Origin: Candidatus Bruticola sp.
GTDB taxonomy: Bacteria > Vulcanimicrobiota > Xenobia > Xenobiales > Xenobiaceae
Length of the DNA: 64,000 nucleotides
Direction: 5' to 3'
Assembly (NCBI GenBank): GCA_051874735.1
Contig: JBJEGD010000002.1
Coordinates: 64,001-128,000 of the forward strand
The translations under genes and the position numbers were made by a program. This document shows, in pieces, positions 28,873-38,581 of the stretch. Numbering within the stretch: position 1 is the first letter of the stretch; the number at the start of each line of letters is the position of its first letter. The notes beneath the pieces were generated by a model. That model ran no database searches. It saw only the letters and a program-made list of their open reading frames with translations, and was not told the origin of the DNA.

Positions 28873-31800
28873 ATGAACAGACTCACCCTTACTGCAGCCG
28901 TTTCATTACTTTTTCTTGCTCCTCTGTCGGCAGCTTACGCACAAGAGCCTCAAGTTCATGGCAAGCTATATAATTCCTATACTCGAGCGGTAGCTCAAGC
29001 CAACCCTTGGGATAAATACCAAGCTGAACCTGCTGGCTCAGGCTCTAAATCGGCCCCAGATAATCTGCCTAACAAAGCAGCTAACCAAACTCCATCCTCA
29101 AATTCTAGCACCGGTTCGCTTGCCAATCCCTGGGATAAATATCAAGCGGAGCCCGCTGGACGGCACCTCCCTGCTGCTAAATCATCTTCTCCATCTAAGG
29201 CAGCCTCTATGCCAGTTCCAGCTACAGCTGAAGGTGCTCCACAAATAGAAGACGGGCTTCCTGCGGCTACTGGCGCCAATCCCTGGGATAAGTACACTCC
29301 CGCTCCTACCGCCTCTAAAGCAAAAAAGAAAAACGTTGCCAAAGTAAAAGAGCGCCCTGAGAAATTAGAGTTAGCTGAACCGCTGCCGATCGGTGAAATT
29401 CCCCAAGGAACTCCCGTGCTCAAAAACAATTTAGCCGTCGGCATCGACAACTACTTTGCTATAGAATATTCGGATCAATTAGTCGGCTATTCACATTACA
29501 AAATTAACCGCCTTTTAACCTTAGGTGGTCAATCCACTTATGTAATGGATTCGGCGTCTCGCATAAAAATGGGTGTCGATTCTGTACAAGATCTGAAATT
29601 TACCGCTAACACCCAAATAGATAAAAAGACTTTAGCTCCAGCTCTTTTCCTCTGTGTGCAAGGGGAAGCAAAAAGCCAAGAAGCCTTGAGCGTCAACTGC
29701 ATATATTCCGAAGATTTTATCGCGCAAAACAACAATTATATGGGCAAGGAGCAGGGGTATCTGCAAAAATACGCTGATGGGAAGCCTCCGCTGCTCGTCT
29801 TTAACAATTTATGGGGGCACCTCGATACTTTCCCTGAACATTACTGGCTGATGGTTAGAGCGGCTTCTCAAGGAGGAGTTCTTGAGACTTACGATCCCAT
29901 ACTCCAAGGCATAGGCAAAACTATAGTTTATAAGCCCATTAAGGAGACTTGGAAAGATCGAAACGGTCAAGCTCACACAACTTTTGTCTATAAAATTACA
30001 GATGCGTTCTCAGCACCTTTAGCCTACGTGCGTGTTTATGCTAAAAATTACGAATTAGCTGAGATAAGAGAGATTGGCTCAGGTTTAGTTTTCCGCCGTT
30101 CTACTCCCGGTGTCGTGGCTGCAGTAGAAAAGTCGCCTGGACAGCGCATCAAAGCTAATGCAGAAATATCCAATGTATATTTTCAAGATCCTGATAAGCT
30201 CACATATTTGGAGGCTTTCGTTGATCTGCGTCTGCGCGGAGGAGAATTGGCCCAACATCAAGTTAGGGGCTACAAGCAAAAATTTTACGGCGAAGTCAAA
30301 GAAGGGAAAATTAGAGGACGAGCGGTCGTTCAAAGTGAGATTGAAAATAACGAGCCCGAGGCAAAATTTCCCTTTAATGTCGATGTACCACCTGAGCTTG
30401 AAAAGTATCTTCAAGCTTGCCCAGGTATTGAACTTGAAGTTACCAGCCTGACTACCAAAGCTAAAGAGATTACTTGGAAATCGGAAAGTGCCTTTCAAGC
30501 TGCTCAGCGTCTGAACGGCTACGTATCTAATCAAATAGGTGAAGGCGTAGCTCTTCCTTCAGCTAGACAGACTTTAGAGAACCAGATAGGTAATCCCGAA
30601 GGCAAAGCTCTGCTACTTACGGCCATGCTGCGCGCTCTGAAAATTCCGGCCCGCATGGTAGGTGGCTTGTCTTATAATAATGGCTCCTTCACTGCCCATC
30701 GCTGGGTTGAAGCCTGGCTGGGTCCTAAAGACGGCTGGATTCCTTTCGATCCTAGCACTAACGAATCAGGTTTTATTAACGCTTCCCATATAACTTTGTG
30801 GGAGAGCGGCGATCTGCAAGCTATGGATGTTTACGTTGAGAAGTTCTCTCCCCGTCCGGCCCGCACGACCTCGTATTTCAAAACTCCTCTTAAGTGGCCT
30901 ATAGGTGAGAAACGAACCTACTTTATTTATCATCAGGGCAAACTAATTGGTTTAGAAAGTTCCCATATGTACGATATGGAAGTAAACGAAGGAGGAGAAA
31001 CTTATAACTTTAAGTCTGAATCGGTCATAATTAGGGAGGATGCCCCCTTAATATTCGAGAGTACTCTAAATTTAAATCAAAACGGATTGCCCGTCTCATT
31101 CAGTTCTTCTGAAGATAATGGTCAACGTGTACATCACGAAGCTTTTAGTTTCCAGGGCACTAATATAGTCCAAAATTTATCCTTGAAAGATTCCCCATCG
31201 CTGCCTAGGCCGGCTAAATCTAAAATGCGGTTAGAGCGTGAAAAACAAGAAGCTGAACAGGCTACTTCGGCTAGACAAGCAGAAGAGGTTATGGAGAATA
31301 ATCCACCTGCTCCTGAAACCATTCAAGTAGACAACTCTTCAGATTCAGAGGTTGTCCAGTCCTCAACTACCTCAGCGGCAGTGACCAATTCAGCAGTTCA
31401 GACTCAGGACAATAATACAGAGAAACTAGCAGAAGCGGCCTCTGCTGATTCTTCTAAGCCTACCGATCCGACAGAGCAGAAAAACTCTCAATCAAGCTCT
31501 GACAAACCTACTGACAACGAAGTTAATAGCAGCGAAACGGAACAGTTAGGGCAAAGTTTAGGAGAGGCGGCTCAAAATTCTCAGCAAGATATAACAGGAT
31601 CAGACGACTCTCCGGAGCCAGCTGTTTCTGATGAGGCAAAAGCTGCAGCAGAAGCTGAAGCCCAAAAACAAGCAGATTTAAAGGCCCGTCAAGCAGCTAA
31701 GGAGAAACTTATAGAAGTCAAAGCTTGCTACGACGAAGCCAAGCAGACGGAAGCAGCTAAACAGCAAGATAATTCAACTCAAGAAAGCAGCCCTTCCTCT

Positions 31801-32382
31801 CTTCCAGATGAAGATGCAGAGATAACAACGAGGCGGATTCCTTATTCTGTAGGGACCTATCTTGTTGATCCTCGCTTCCTTTCTCAGTGGGCTTTAGTTG
31901 TCGAACAGAGTCCTGCAGTAGCTTCTGAGACGTCATCGGAAGCCTCAAATGACGCATCTGCCTCCCCTTCTATGCCTAACGTTGATCCCAATGTTGGCGT
32001 CGTCAGCTCCAGCGAAGTTATTGTTCCGCAAAGCAGCTCAAATACATCTACCAATCAGTCTTCGGAAGCGGGAACCGCTGTAGGTGAAACTGGAGCCGAC
32101 ACTTTCAGTCAGCCTAACCAAAACGAAGATGAAAACGATGAAACCTACAGTTTCAAAGCTTTCATTCCCAGCTCTCTAAAAGTGCAAGATCTGACTCTTC
32201 AGAGGGCAGACGCTGATGAAACTATAGTGATGCCCGACGGCACTGAAATAGAGGCGGCTAGACTCGACACAGAGAAAGGTATGCTTTTCTTCATGGATCT
32301 AAAAACAGGTAAGGTAGTCAAGATTAGCATTCCAAGTCAAAATTTGGAAATGTATTTAGAAGATACCCATTTTGAGCTCTAA
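28873..32382 (+). CDS. Large secreted transglutaminase-like domain protein (catalytic Cys absent)
   Basis: Signal peptide from ATG 28873 (...SAAYA). TGase-fold motifs ALLLTAMLRALKIPARMVGG, HRWVEAWL, GWIPFDPS. Low-complexity linkers. Confidence 0.8.
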   Translation: MNRLTLTAAVSLLFLAPLSAAYAQEPQVHGKLYNSYTRAVAQANPWDKYQAEPAGSGSKSAPDNLPNKAANQTPSSNSSTGSLANPWDKYQAEPAGRHLPAAKSSSPSKAASMPVPATAEGAPQIEDGLPAATGANPWDKYTPAPTASKAKKKNVAKVKERPEKLELAEPLPIGEIPQGTPVLKNNLAVGIDNYFAIEYSDQLVGYSHYKINRLLTLGGQSTYVMDSASRIKMGVDSVQDLKFTANTQIDKKTLAPALFLCVQGEAKSQEALSVNCIYSEDFIAQNNNYMGKEQGYLQKYADGKPPLLVFNNLWGHLDTFPEHYWLMVRAASQGGVLETYDPILQGIGKTIVYKPIKETWKDRNGQAHTTFVYKITDAFSAPLAYVRVYAKNYELAEIREIGSGLVFRRSTPGVVAAVEKSPGQRIKANAEISNVYFQDPDKLTYLEAFVDLRLRGGELAQHQVRGYKQKFYGEVKEGKIRGRAVVQSEIENNEPEAKFPFNVDVPPELEKYLQACPGIELEVTSLTTKAKEITWKSESAFQAAQRLNGYVSNQIGEGVALPSARQTLENQIGNPEGKALLLTAMLRALKIPARMVGGLSYNNGSFTAHRWVEAWLGPKDGWIPFDPSTNESGFINASHITLWESGDLQAMDVYVEKFSPRPARTTSYFKTPLKWPIGEKRTYFIYHQGKLIGLESSHMYDMEVNEGGETYNFKSESVIIREDAPLIFESTLNLNQNGLPVSFSSSEDNGQRVHHEAFSFQGTNIVQNLSLKDSPSLPRPAKSKMRLEREKQEAEQATSARQAEEVMENNPPAPETIQVDNSSDSEVVQSSTTSAAVTNSAVQTQDNNTEKLAEAASADSSKPTDPTEQKNSQSSSDKPTDNEVNSSETEQLGQSLGEAAQNSQQDITGSDDSPEPAVSDEAKAAAEAEAQKQADLKARQAAKEKLIEVKACYDEAKQTEAAKQQDNSTQESSPSSLPDEDAEITTRRIPYSVGTYLVDPRFLSQWALVVEQSPAVASETSSEASNDASASPSMPNVDPNVGVVSSSEVIVPQSSSNTSTNQSSEAGTAVGETGADTFSQPNQNEDENDETYSFKAFIPSSLKVQDLTLQRADADETIVMPDGTEIEAARLDTEKGMLFFMDLKTGKVVKISIPSQNLEMYLEDTHFEL

Positions 32383-32554
32383 AGAGAGTTAATGGCAAAG
32401 ATCATCACCTGAAAATGATTCCCGGAAAGGGCTTAATCTTATCCGGATAAACTAAAGAGCGAGCACATCAAATTCGTTTTCTGCTGATTTGACGTCTCGC
32501 CTTTTCGTGTATATTTCAGCAGATCATACCTAGGTAATTATTTGTGAGTTTACG

Positions 32555-34183
32555 ATGAAAGTTTTAGTAGGCCAAGAGGGCCGATACATGTTGGCAGAAC
32601 GATTGGGCAAAGGTGGTATGGGAGAAGTATACAGGGCTGTAGGTAATAGCCGCAACACTGATGTAGCTATAAAAATACTGCTTCCAGCTTTATGCCATCG
32701 AGAGTCTTCTCGCAAGCGCTTTGCTCGCGAGGCAGAAGCGGCTAGAAAATTAAATCATCCTGGCATTGTCAAAGTTTTAGACTACGGTCAATTTGATAAT
32801 CGGCCTTTTATCGTTATGGAGTTAGTTACCGGACAGTCACTGCGCGAGTACGTTCGCAATAAACGTCCCCTTCTCTCTCCAGAAGAGCTTTTGCTCCTCA
32901 CCGCTGATCTATGTGACGCTATTCAACATGCTCATAGCAAAGGTATTATCCATCGCGATCTGAAGCCGGATAATATTTTTGTCACCCATCAGGGCAAAAT
33001 TAAAATTTTGGACTTTGGCCTAGCGAAACTGAGTTTAGATACAGATTTGACCGCTTTGACCAGATCGGGGACAGCCCTTGGAACTTGTACCTACATGTCT
33101 CCAGAGCAAGCTGAAGGCAAGGAAGCCACTCCACGCTCAGACCTTTATTCAATAGGCGTGATGCTCTATGAATTTTTTTGCGGCCTGACTCCTTTTTCTG
33201 CAGCTGAAGCCTCCGAAGTATTGTACATGCAAGTAAATCGAAATCCTAAGCCTCCCTGCGATGTGGATCAGCATATACCGTTAGAAATAAGCAATCTTAT
33301 TCTCAGGCTCATGAGTAAAAATCCTGAGAATCGTCCCAGTTCAGCAGCGATCCTTAAAGAAGAGATACGTACAATTATCAAACATTTACAGGAAGGCACT
33401 GTTAACTACAAACAGAACCAGATGTCTGATTATATAAATGCTGCCAGGCAGGCCCAACTCCAGCTGCAATCTAACCGACAGACAGATAGTTCAGATACTC
33501 TAAATCTGAATATAAACAGGGATTCAGAACAAGAAGAAAATCGGCCAGATGCTTACATAAATCGAGAACGCTACGCTGTTCAGCTGGATTACCAAGAAGC
33601 GGCTTCTTATCCACAGAACTATGCAGCACGAGTTACACCTAAGATAGAAAAATACAACCTTCCTAAACGAGTTACAGTTCTATCTATGTTAGCTCCCATA
33701 AAAGATATACTGCAGTCTTCCACCATGCTTAACAACCTTTCTAAGAGTATAGGCGAGGCTATGCGCCAAGCGGTGGAAATAAACGGAGGCTTTGTGCTTC
33801 TGAATGAAGGCTCCAATTTAAAAGCAGCCTTTACCGATGAATATGCTGGTACAAGAGCGGTTCGTTCTGTTCTCAGAACTCAAATGACTCTCAGACAGAT
33901 CTATCGAGAGTTCGGTCTATATCAGCCCCCTTGTATGGCATCGGGTATTTACTCCGACGTTATACCTCCCTCTGTAAAAGGCTCATTTACTAAGGACAAT
34001 TTAAGAGAAATAATTATCGGTGCCGTCACCTTAGGGAAATGGGCCAGCAAATATCCAAATGCAATTTTTATCTGCCTTGAGAGTGTCGATGCAGGTTTAC
34101 GCTGCCAGAAAGTACGCACAATTTGCCTGCGCAATCGAAAAACTCCAGTACAAATATGCAGAGTTATAGAGCTCATGCAATAA
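32555..34183 (+). CDS. Hanks-type Ser/Thr protein kinase with C-terminal degenerate class III nucleotide cyclase-like domain
   Basis: LGKGGMGEVY, VAIK, HRDLKPDN, DFGLA, GTCTYMSPEQ, SDLYSIG; no TM helix seen. Confidence 0.9.
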   Translation: MKVLVGQEGRYMLAERLGKGGMGEVYRAVGNSRNTDVAIKILLPALCHRESSRKRFAREAEAARKLNHPGIVKVLDYGQFDNRPFIVMELVTGQSLREYVRNKRPLLSPEELLLLTADLCDAIQHAHSKGIIHRDLKPDNIFVTHQGKIKILDFGLAKLSLDTDLTALTRSGTALGTCTYMSPEQAEGKEATPRSDLYSIGVMLYEFFCGLTPFSAAEASEVLYMQVNRNPKPPCDVDQHIPLEISNLILRLMSKNPENRPSSAAILKEEIRTIIKHLQEGTVNYKQNQMSDYINAARQAQLQLQSNRQTDSSDTLNLNINRDSEQEENRPDAYINRERYAVQLDYQEAASYPQNYAARVTPKIEKYNLPKRVTVLSMLAPIKDILQSSTMLNNLSKSIGEAMRQAVEINGGFVLLNEGSNLKAAFTDEYAGTRAVRSVLRTQMTLRQIYREFGLYQPPCMASGIYSDVIPPSVKGSFTKDNLREIIIGAVTLGKWASKYPNAIFICLESVDAGLRCQKVRTICLRNRKTPVQICRVIELMQ

Positions 34184-34356
34184 GGGCTAACTTTAGTTCC
34201 TATTAGCAAAAATGACCTAAAATCAACCTATAAAGGCTTTTATCCAACAGGATAGAAGACCAGCATTTGGCTCAAAATATTTTCTGACTTACCATTGTTG
34301 TCTAGAGACAACTGATAAGTTCAGAAGGCCCAACAAATGCAACGTACAGGTGAATT

Positions 34357-34785
34357 GTGGCTTACACACTTATTTGCTACATTATTCCGCTGATATTACT
34401 TGTAATAGCTCTCTGCATGCTGATCAGCGATCTTATATTTATGCGCCGCGAGAAGAAGAACGGTATAGAAACCGGTTTCAGCTCGGTGTGGTTTATCGTA
34501 CGGGTAGTGAAAATTATCTCCATCCTAGGAGTTGCTTACGCGATGTACACTCTGGATCCGCAGTTTTTACAAGCCCGTCCAGAAAATGCTCCTCCTGCAG
34601 ATGCAGCAGCTCTCAATTCCTACAATTGGCAGTGGAATATAATTTTTGTCATGATTTTAATATTCTCTGCTTCATTTGTAACTGATGTATTCGGCCGTCT
34701 CAGGCTGCTGCAAACGAGCGAAGATAAAAGAGCTGAAAAGTTTTTTCAACTGAGTACGGATCTTTCTTCAGAGCATCAGTCATAA
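34357..34785 (+). CDS. Small three-TM membrane protein, unknown function
   Basis: Three hydrophobic segments; lies between the kinase and shc. Confidence 0.7.
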   Translation: MAYTLICYIIPLILLVIALCMLISDLIFMRREKKNGIETGFSSVWFIVRVVKIISILGVAYAMYTLDPQFLQARPENAPPADAAALNSYNWQWNIIFVMILIFSASFVTDVFGRLRLLQTSEDKRAEKFFQLSTDLSSEHQS

Positions 34786-34841
34786 TGAAAAAATATATTG
34801 TAAGCTAAATTTTCTTTGTAATACAAGGAGAGAAAAAAATT

Positions 34842-36962
34842 ATGACCGATACTATGCGGCCTCAGGACAGCAACGACTGCAATTCTGAGCAAATTATCAC
34901 TTCCAACGCAGCGTCCCTACCACAACCACCTCAAATTAACGTAACAGCCGCTTATTCTATGAGCGAAGTAGAAAAAGAGGCTTTAGCTCAATCTTTAAAC
35001 CAAGCTATCGACCATGCAGTTGACTGGTTAAAAACCGAACAGACAGAGCGTGGCTATTGGGCAGGATTTCTAAAAACGAACTCTGCTATCGAGGCAGAGT
35101 GGATTATGGCCATGTACTTTTTAGGTATTGACGATGATCCTAAGTACAATGATGTAGTCCGCTCTATATTAAACGAACAGCGTCCTGACGGTTCCTGGAG
35201 TGTTTATTACGGTTCTACCTATGGTGACATTAATGCCACAGTAGAAAGTTATACAGCCTTAAAAATTGCGGGCCATGCAGCTGATGCACCACATATGCAG
35301 AAGGCAAGACAGTGGATCATATCTAAGGGCGGTTTGAAACATGTGCGCGTCTTTACCCGATTCTGGCTAGCTTTATTAGGTGAATGGCCCTGGGAAGCTT
35401 GCCCCAATCTGCCTCCGGAAATTATCTTACTGCCCAACTGGTTCCCCATTAACCTATACAAATTCGCTAGTTGGGGACGCGCTACTATTGCCGCTCTTTG
35501 CCTTATATCAGCTGATCATCCGGTTAAAAAGCTCCCGGCAGATAAACGTCTTGATGAACTCTTTCCTCAAGGACGCAATCACATGGACTATTCGCTGCCC
35601 AAAGCCTCTACTCCCTGGGGCCATTTTTTCGCCGCAGCCGACAAGCTTTTAGGTTTATATACAGCAAAATCACCAATTAAACCTTTGCGCAAAACAGCTC
35701 TTAAGCTCTGCGAACAATGGATCATAGAGCGTCAGGAAAAGGACGGATGCTGGGCAGGTATTCAGCCTCCCTGGATTTACGCGTTAATCGGTTTATATAC
35801 TCAAGGGTATTCAGTTGACCATCCAGTGGTCAAGGCTGGCTTACAGGCTTTTAATGAACCCTGGGCTTTCAAAACGGAACAAGGCACATACCTGCAGTGC
35901 TGCACTTCACCAGTATGGGACACCGTCTTAAGTTTAGTGGCTTTGAGCGACTGCAACGTAGAGGGAAGCCAGGAGATGGTCAAAAAAGCCCTGCGCTATA
36001 CTCTAGATGAACAGATTATGAGTCGCGGAGACTGGCAGGTAAACAGCCCTCATACAGAGCCAGGCGGCTGGGCCTTTGAATACGAAAATGATTGTTATCC
36101 TGACGTCGATGACTCTGCCGTAGCCCTTACCGCTTTACTTCGCTATCGCAGCCAAGCACAAAATGTAGCTGAAATTGATATAGCCTTAAAACGTGGCTTC
36201 CAGTGGCTGAGAGCTCTGCGGTCTGCTAACGGTGCCTGGGGTGCTTTTGATAAAAACAACGATTGCGAATTAGTCTGCCAAATTCCCTTCTGCGATTTCG
36301 GGGAAGTGCTAGATCCTCCGTCAGCCGACGTCACGGCCCATGTTATTGAAGCCTATGGAACAGCCGGTCAAACCATTCACCAAAGTGCTATGCTCCGCCA
36401 AGCCGTCAACTATCTGCGCCAGGAACAGGAAGCAGACGGTAGTTGGTTCGGACGCTGGGGTGTTAATTATATATACGGTACAGGTTTGGTTCTGCCCGCT
36501 TTGCAGTCTGTAGGAGTAGACATGCAGAGTCCCTGGATCAAAAAGGCTGCAGATTGGTTAGTTTCAGTACAAAAATCTGATGGCGGCTGGGGCGAATCGT
36601 GTGCGACCTATATGGATCCTAGTTTGAAAGGACAAGGTTCTGCCACCCCTAGCCAAACAGCTTGGGCTCTAATGGGCTTACTGGCGATGGAAGATCACAG
36701 TTACGATCAGTACATACTAAAGGGCCTTAGCTGGCTGACCTCTCACCAAAAATATGGCTCTTGGGAGCAAAAAGAGTATACTGGCACCGGATTCCCAGGT
36801 TATGGAGCTGGAGCCCGCACGGAAATTAAGCAAGGTTCAGTTCTGGATCAGGGTGAGGAACTCAGCCGAGGCTTTATGCTTAACTACGCCATGTACCGTC
36901 ACTATTTCCCCATGATGGCCTTAGGCAGAGCTCGGCGCCATTTTGCTCTGCCGATTCGCTAG
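34842..36962 (+). CDS. shc: Squalene--hopene cyclase
   Basis: DxDD motif YPDVDDSA; QW repeats (EQRPDGSW, QEKDGCW, QEADGSWFGRWG, QKSDGGWGE); SPVWDT; TGTGFP; YFPMMALGR. Confidence 0.96.
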   Translation: MTDTMRPQDSNDCNSEQIITSNAASLPQPPQINVTAAYSMSEVEKEALAQSLNQAIDHAVDWLKTEQTERGYWAGFLKTNSAIEAEWIMAMYFLGIDDDPKYNDVVRSILNEQRPDGSWSVYYGSTYGDINATVESYTALKIAGHAADAPHMQKARQWIISKGGLKHVRVFTRFWLALLGEWPWEACPNLPPEIILLPNWFPINLYKFASWGRATIAALCLISADHPVKKLPADKRLDELFPQGRNHMDYSLPKASTPWGHFFAAADKLLGLYTAKSPIKPLRKTALKLCEQWIIERQEKDGCWAGIQPPWIYALIGLYTQGYSVDHPVVKAGLQAFNEPWAFKTEQGTYLQCCTSPVWDTVLSLVALSDCNVEGSQEMVKKALRYTLDEQIMSRGDWQVNSPHTEPGGWAFEYENDCYPDVDDSAVALTALLRYRSQAQNVAEIDIALKRGFQWLRALRSANGAWGAFDKNNDCELVCQIPFCDFGEVLDPPSADVTAHVIEAYGTAGQTIHQSAMLRQAVNYLRQEQEADGSWFGRWGVNYIYGTGLVLPALQSVGVDMQSPWIKKAADWLVSVQKSDGGWGESCATYMDPSLKGQGSATPSQTAWALMGLLAMEDHSYDQYILKGLSWLTSHQKYGSWEQKEYTGTGFPGYGAGARTEIKQGSVLDQGEELSRGFMLNYAMYRHYFPMMALGRARRHFALPIR

Positions 36963-37067
36963 AGATAGAATTAGACTGCCTCCCTAGCAGCATATCTGAC
37001 TGGCCGACTTCTCAGCCCGGCCAGCCAGATATAGCTCCCAATTTTTTTTGACAAAGGAGCTTTAAAG

Positions 37068-38504
37068 GTGAAATACAAAGAGAAAATAGAGGGGCTTGAA
37101 GAGGCGAAGAAGCAGGGGGCTTTCGTGCGTTTAGGCTCTGATTACGAAGATTTTGCCATCAATTTGAATTTGGGCTGGATGCTTTACGATTCTATTGGCA
37201 CATACGCCTGCCTCAAAGCCTTTCCCGATTTAAACGCCTCACAAATTTCTCGTGCTTGGCTTACAGATGACCTGGACAGAGCCCAACCTTTGCTCGATGT
37301 ATTTGAGCTTTCAGATGAAGGAGCCGCTGAAACGGGTTATCCCGAACATAAAATTCTGCTCTTCTTCGGACCGATATCTCCACAAGCTCGCAGAGTCCGT
37401 TTAGAAGTGCAGCGTCTTGAACCTTCAGGTCCCGGACTCAGCTACCTCCACCCTATCGTTGATCCTTTCGCTTCTATGGGAGATCATCAGGCAGTACATA
37501 TAATGGCTTGGGAAGAGCCAGATGATCCCATGGCTCCTATACCGATAGGAACTATTGCAGGGTGTTGGGCTTTCAATGTCGATTGTCCGCGCCGCAGCGG
37601 AACTTGGACCTATGCTAAACGCTTCCATCTTTGCCAAGAGATAAATATAGGCAGTGCTTGTATGTTCTTGGAGTTTTTAGACAGAGGAATTACCGGTTGG
37701 CGTTTGTCGAGTCGATTTTTATCGGGAACTAACCGCTTTACCGATCTGAATGAACTGCAGGCCATTTTGTGGGAAAACTCCTCCCCCGACAATTTTATTG
37801 CCCAGCTCAGCGAAGAGGGACTCTTAGACAGCTTTGCTCCTCCAGTTATGCGCATGCAGTTACAATGTGTTGATACTGACGGCACATTAATTAAAAATGC
37901 GCAACTAAACGATATTTACGGGCCTCTAGGGGTATTGAACAATAAGTTCTACCACTATTTTTCTCCCGATTTTGCGGAAAACGAAATTCCCAATCGACTG
38001 TCTATCAGCAAAATTATCGAAATGCCTCTTCCCAGTCCTTGGATATATAATTTTGATCCCAAAGATATATCCTCTATGCCTACAAAAGTGACTGAAGATC
38101 TGCCCTATTTTTCTCTTAAGCTCAAGCTCAGCATAGAAGGTTTGTATTGGGAAGACAATATGATGCTGATAGCCCCCATGGCCATTATGGATCAAGATTC
38201 AGACGCTCAAGTTGATCTGGCCGACTGCGCTATACGAAACCTGAAAAATGGTGAAGCTTGTTTCTGTTTGGGACAAAGTTTAGTCGATCTGCCCCAGCCT
38301 AAAGCTTCTTTGAAGAGAGATCAAGTCTACGGTTGGCAGTATCCTCCAGTTCATAAGCATACCCGCAGTGCTAGTTTTGAAGTGTACACCATCAACATTA
38401 CTCCTAAAGAAAATATTATTATCAATATAGTACCCGTAGAGGCAGATCGCCAAACAGATCAGGACAACTACACTCTGCCCATGGCAGAAGATTTAGACGA
38501 CTAA
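37068..38504 (+). CDS. Hypothetical protein, possibly tandem DUF4179/DUF5643-like beta-sandwich domains
   Basis: AAGGAG RBS and GTG start. EGLEEAKKQG...LGSDYEDFAINLNLGWMLYD and GCWAFNV resemble the DUF4179/5643 pattern (by eye). Confidence 0.55.
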   Translation: MKYKEKIEGLEEAKKQGAFVRLGSDYEDFAINLNLGWMLYDSIGTYACLKAFPDLNASQISRAWLTDDLDRAQPLLDVFELSDEGAAETGYPEHKILLFFGPISPQARRVRLEVQRLEPSGPGLSYLHPIVDPFASMGDHQAVHIMAWEEPDDPMAPIPIGTIAGCWAFNVDCPRRSGTWTYAKRFHLCQEINIGSACMFLEFLDRGITGWRLSSRFLSGTNRFTDLNELQAILWENSSPDNFIAQLSEEGLLDSFAPPVMRMQLQCVDTDGTLIKNAQLNDIYGPLGVLNNKFYHYFSPDFAENEIPNRLSISKIIEMPLPSPWIYNFDPKDISSMPTKVTEDLPYFSLKLKLSIEGLYWEDNMMLIAPMAIMDQDSDAQVDLADCAIRNLKNGEACFCLGQSLVDLPQPKASLKRDQVYGWQYPPVHKHTRSASFEVYTINITPKENIIINIVPVEADRQTDQDNYTLPMAEDLDD

Positions 38505-38581
38505 ATTTGTTAAGCGATTCTGAGCTTTTTAACTTCTGCAGGTACATAAAAATAAAAAGCAAGGAGAACACAGTTAAAGTA

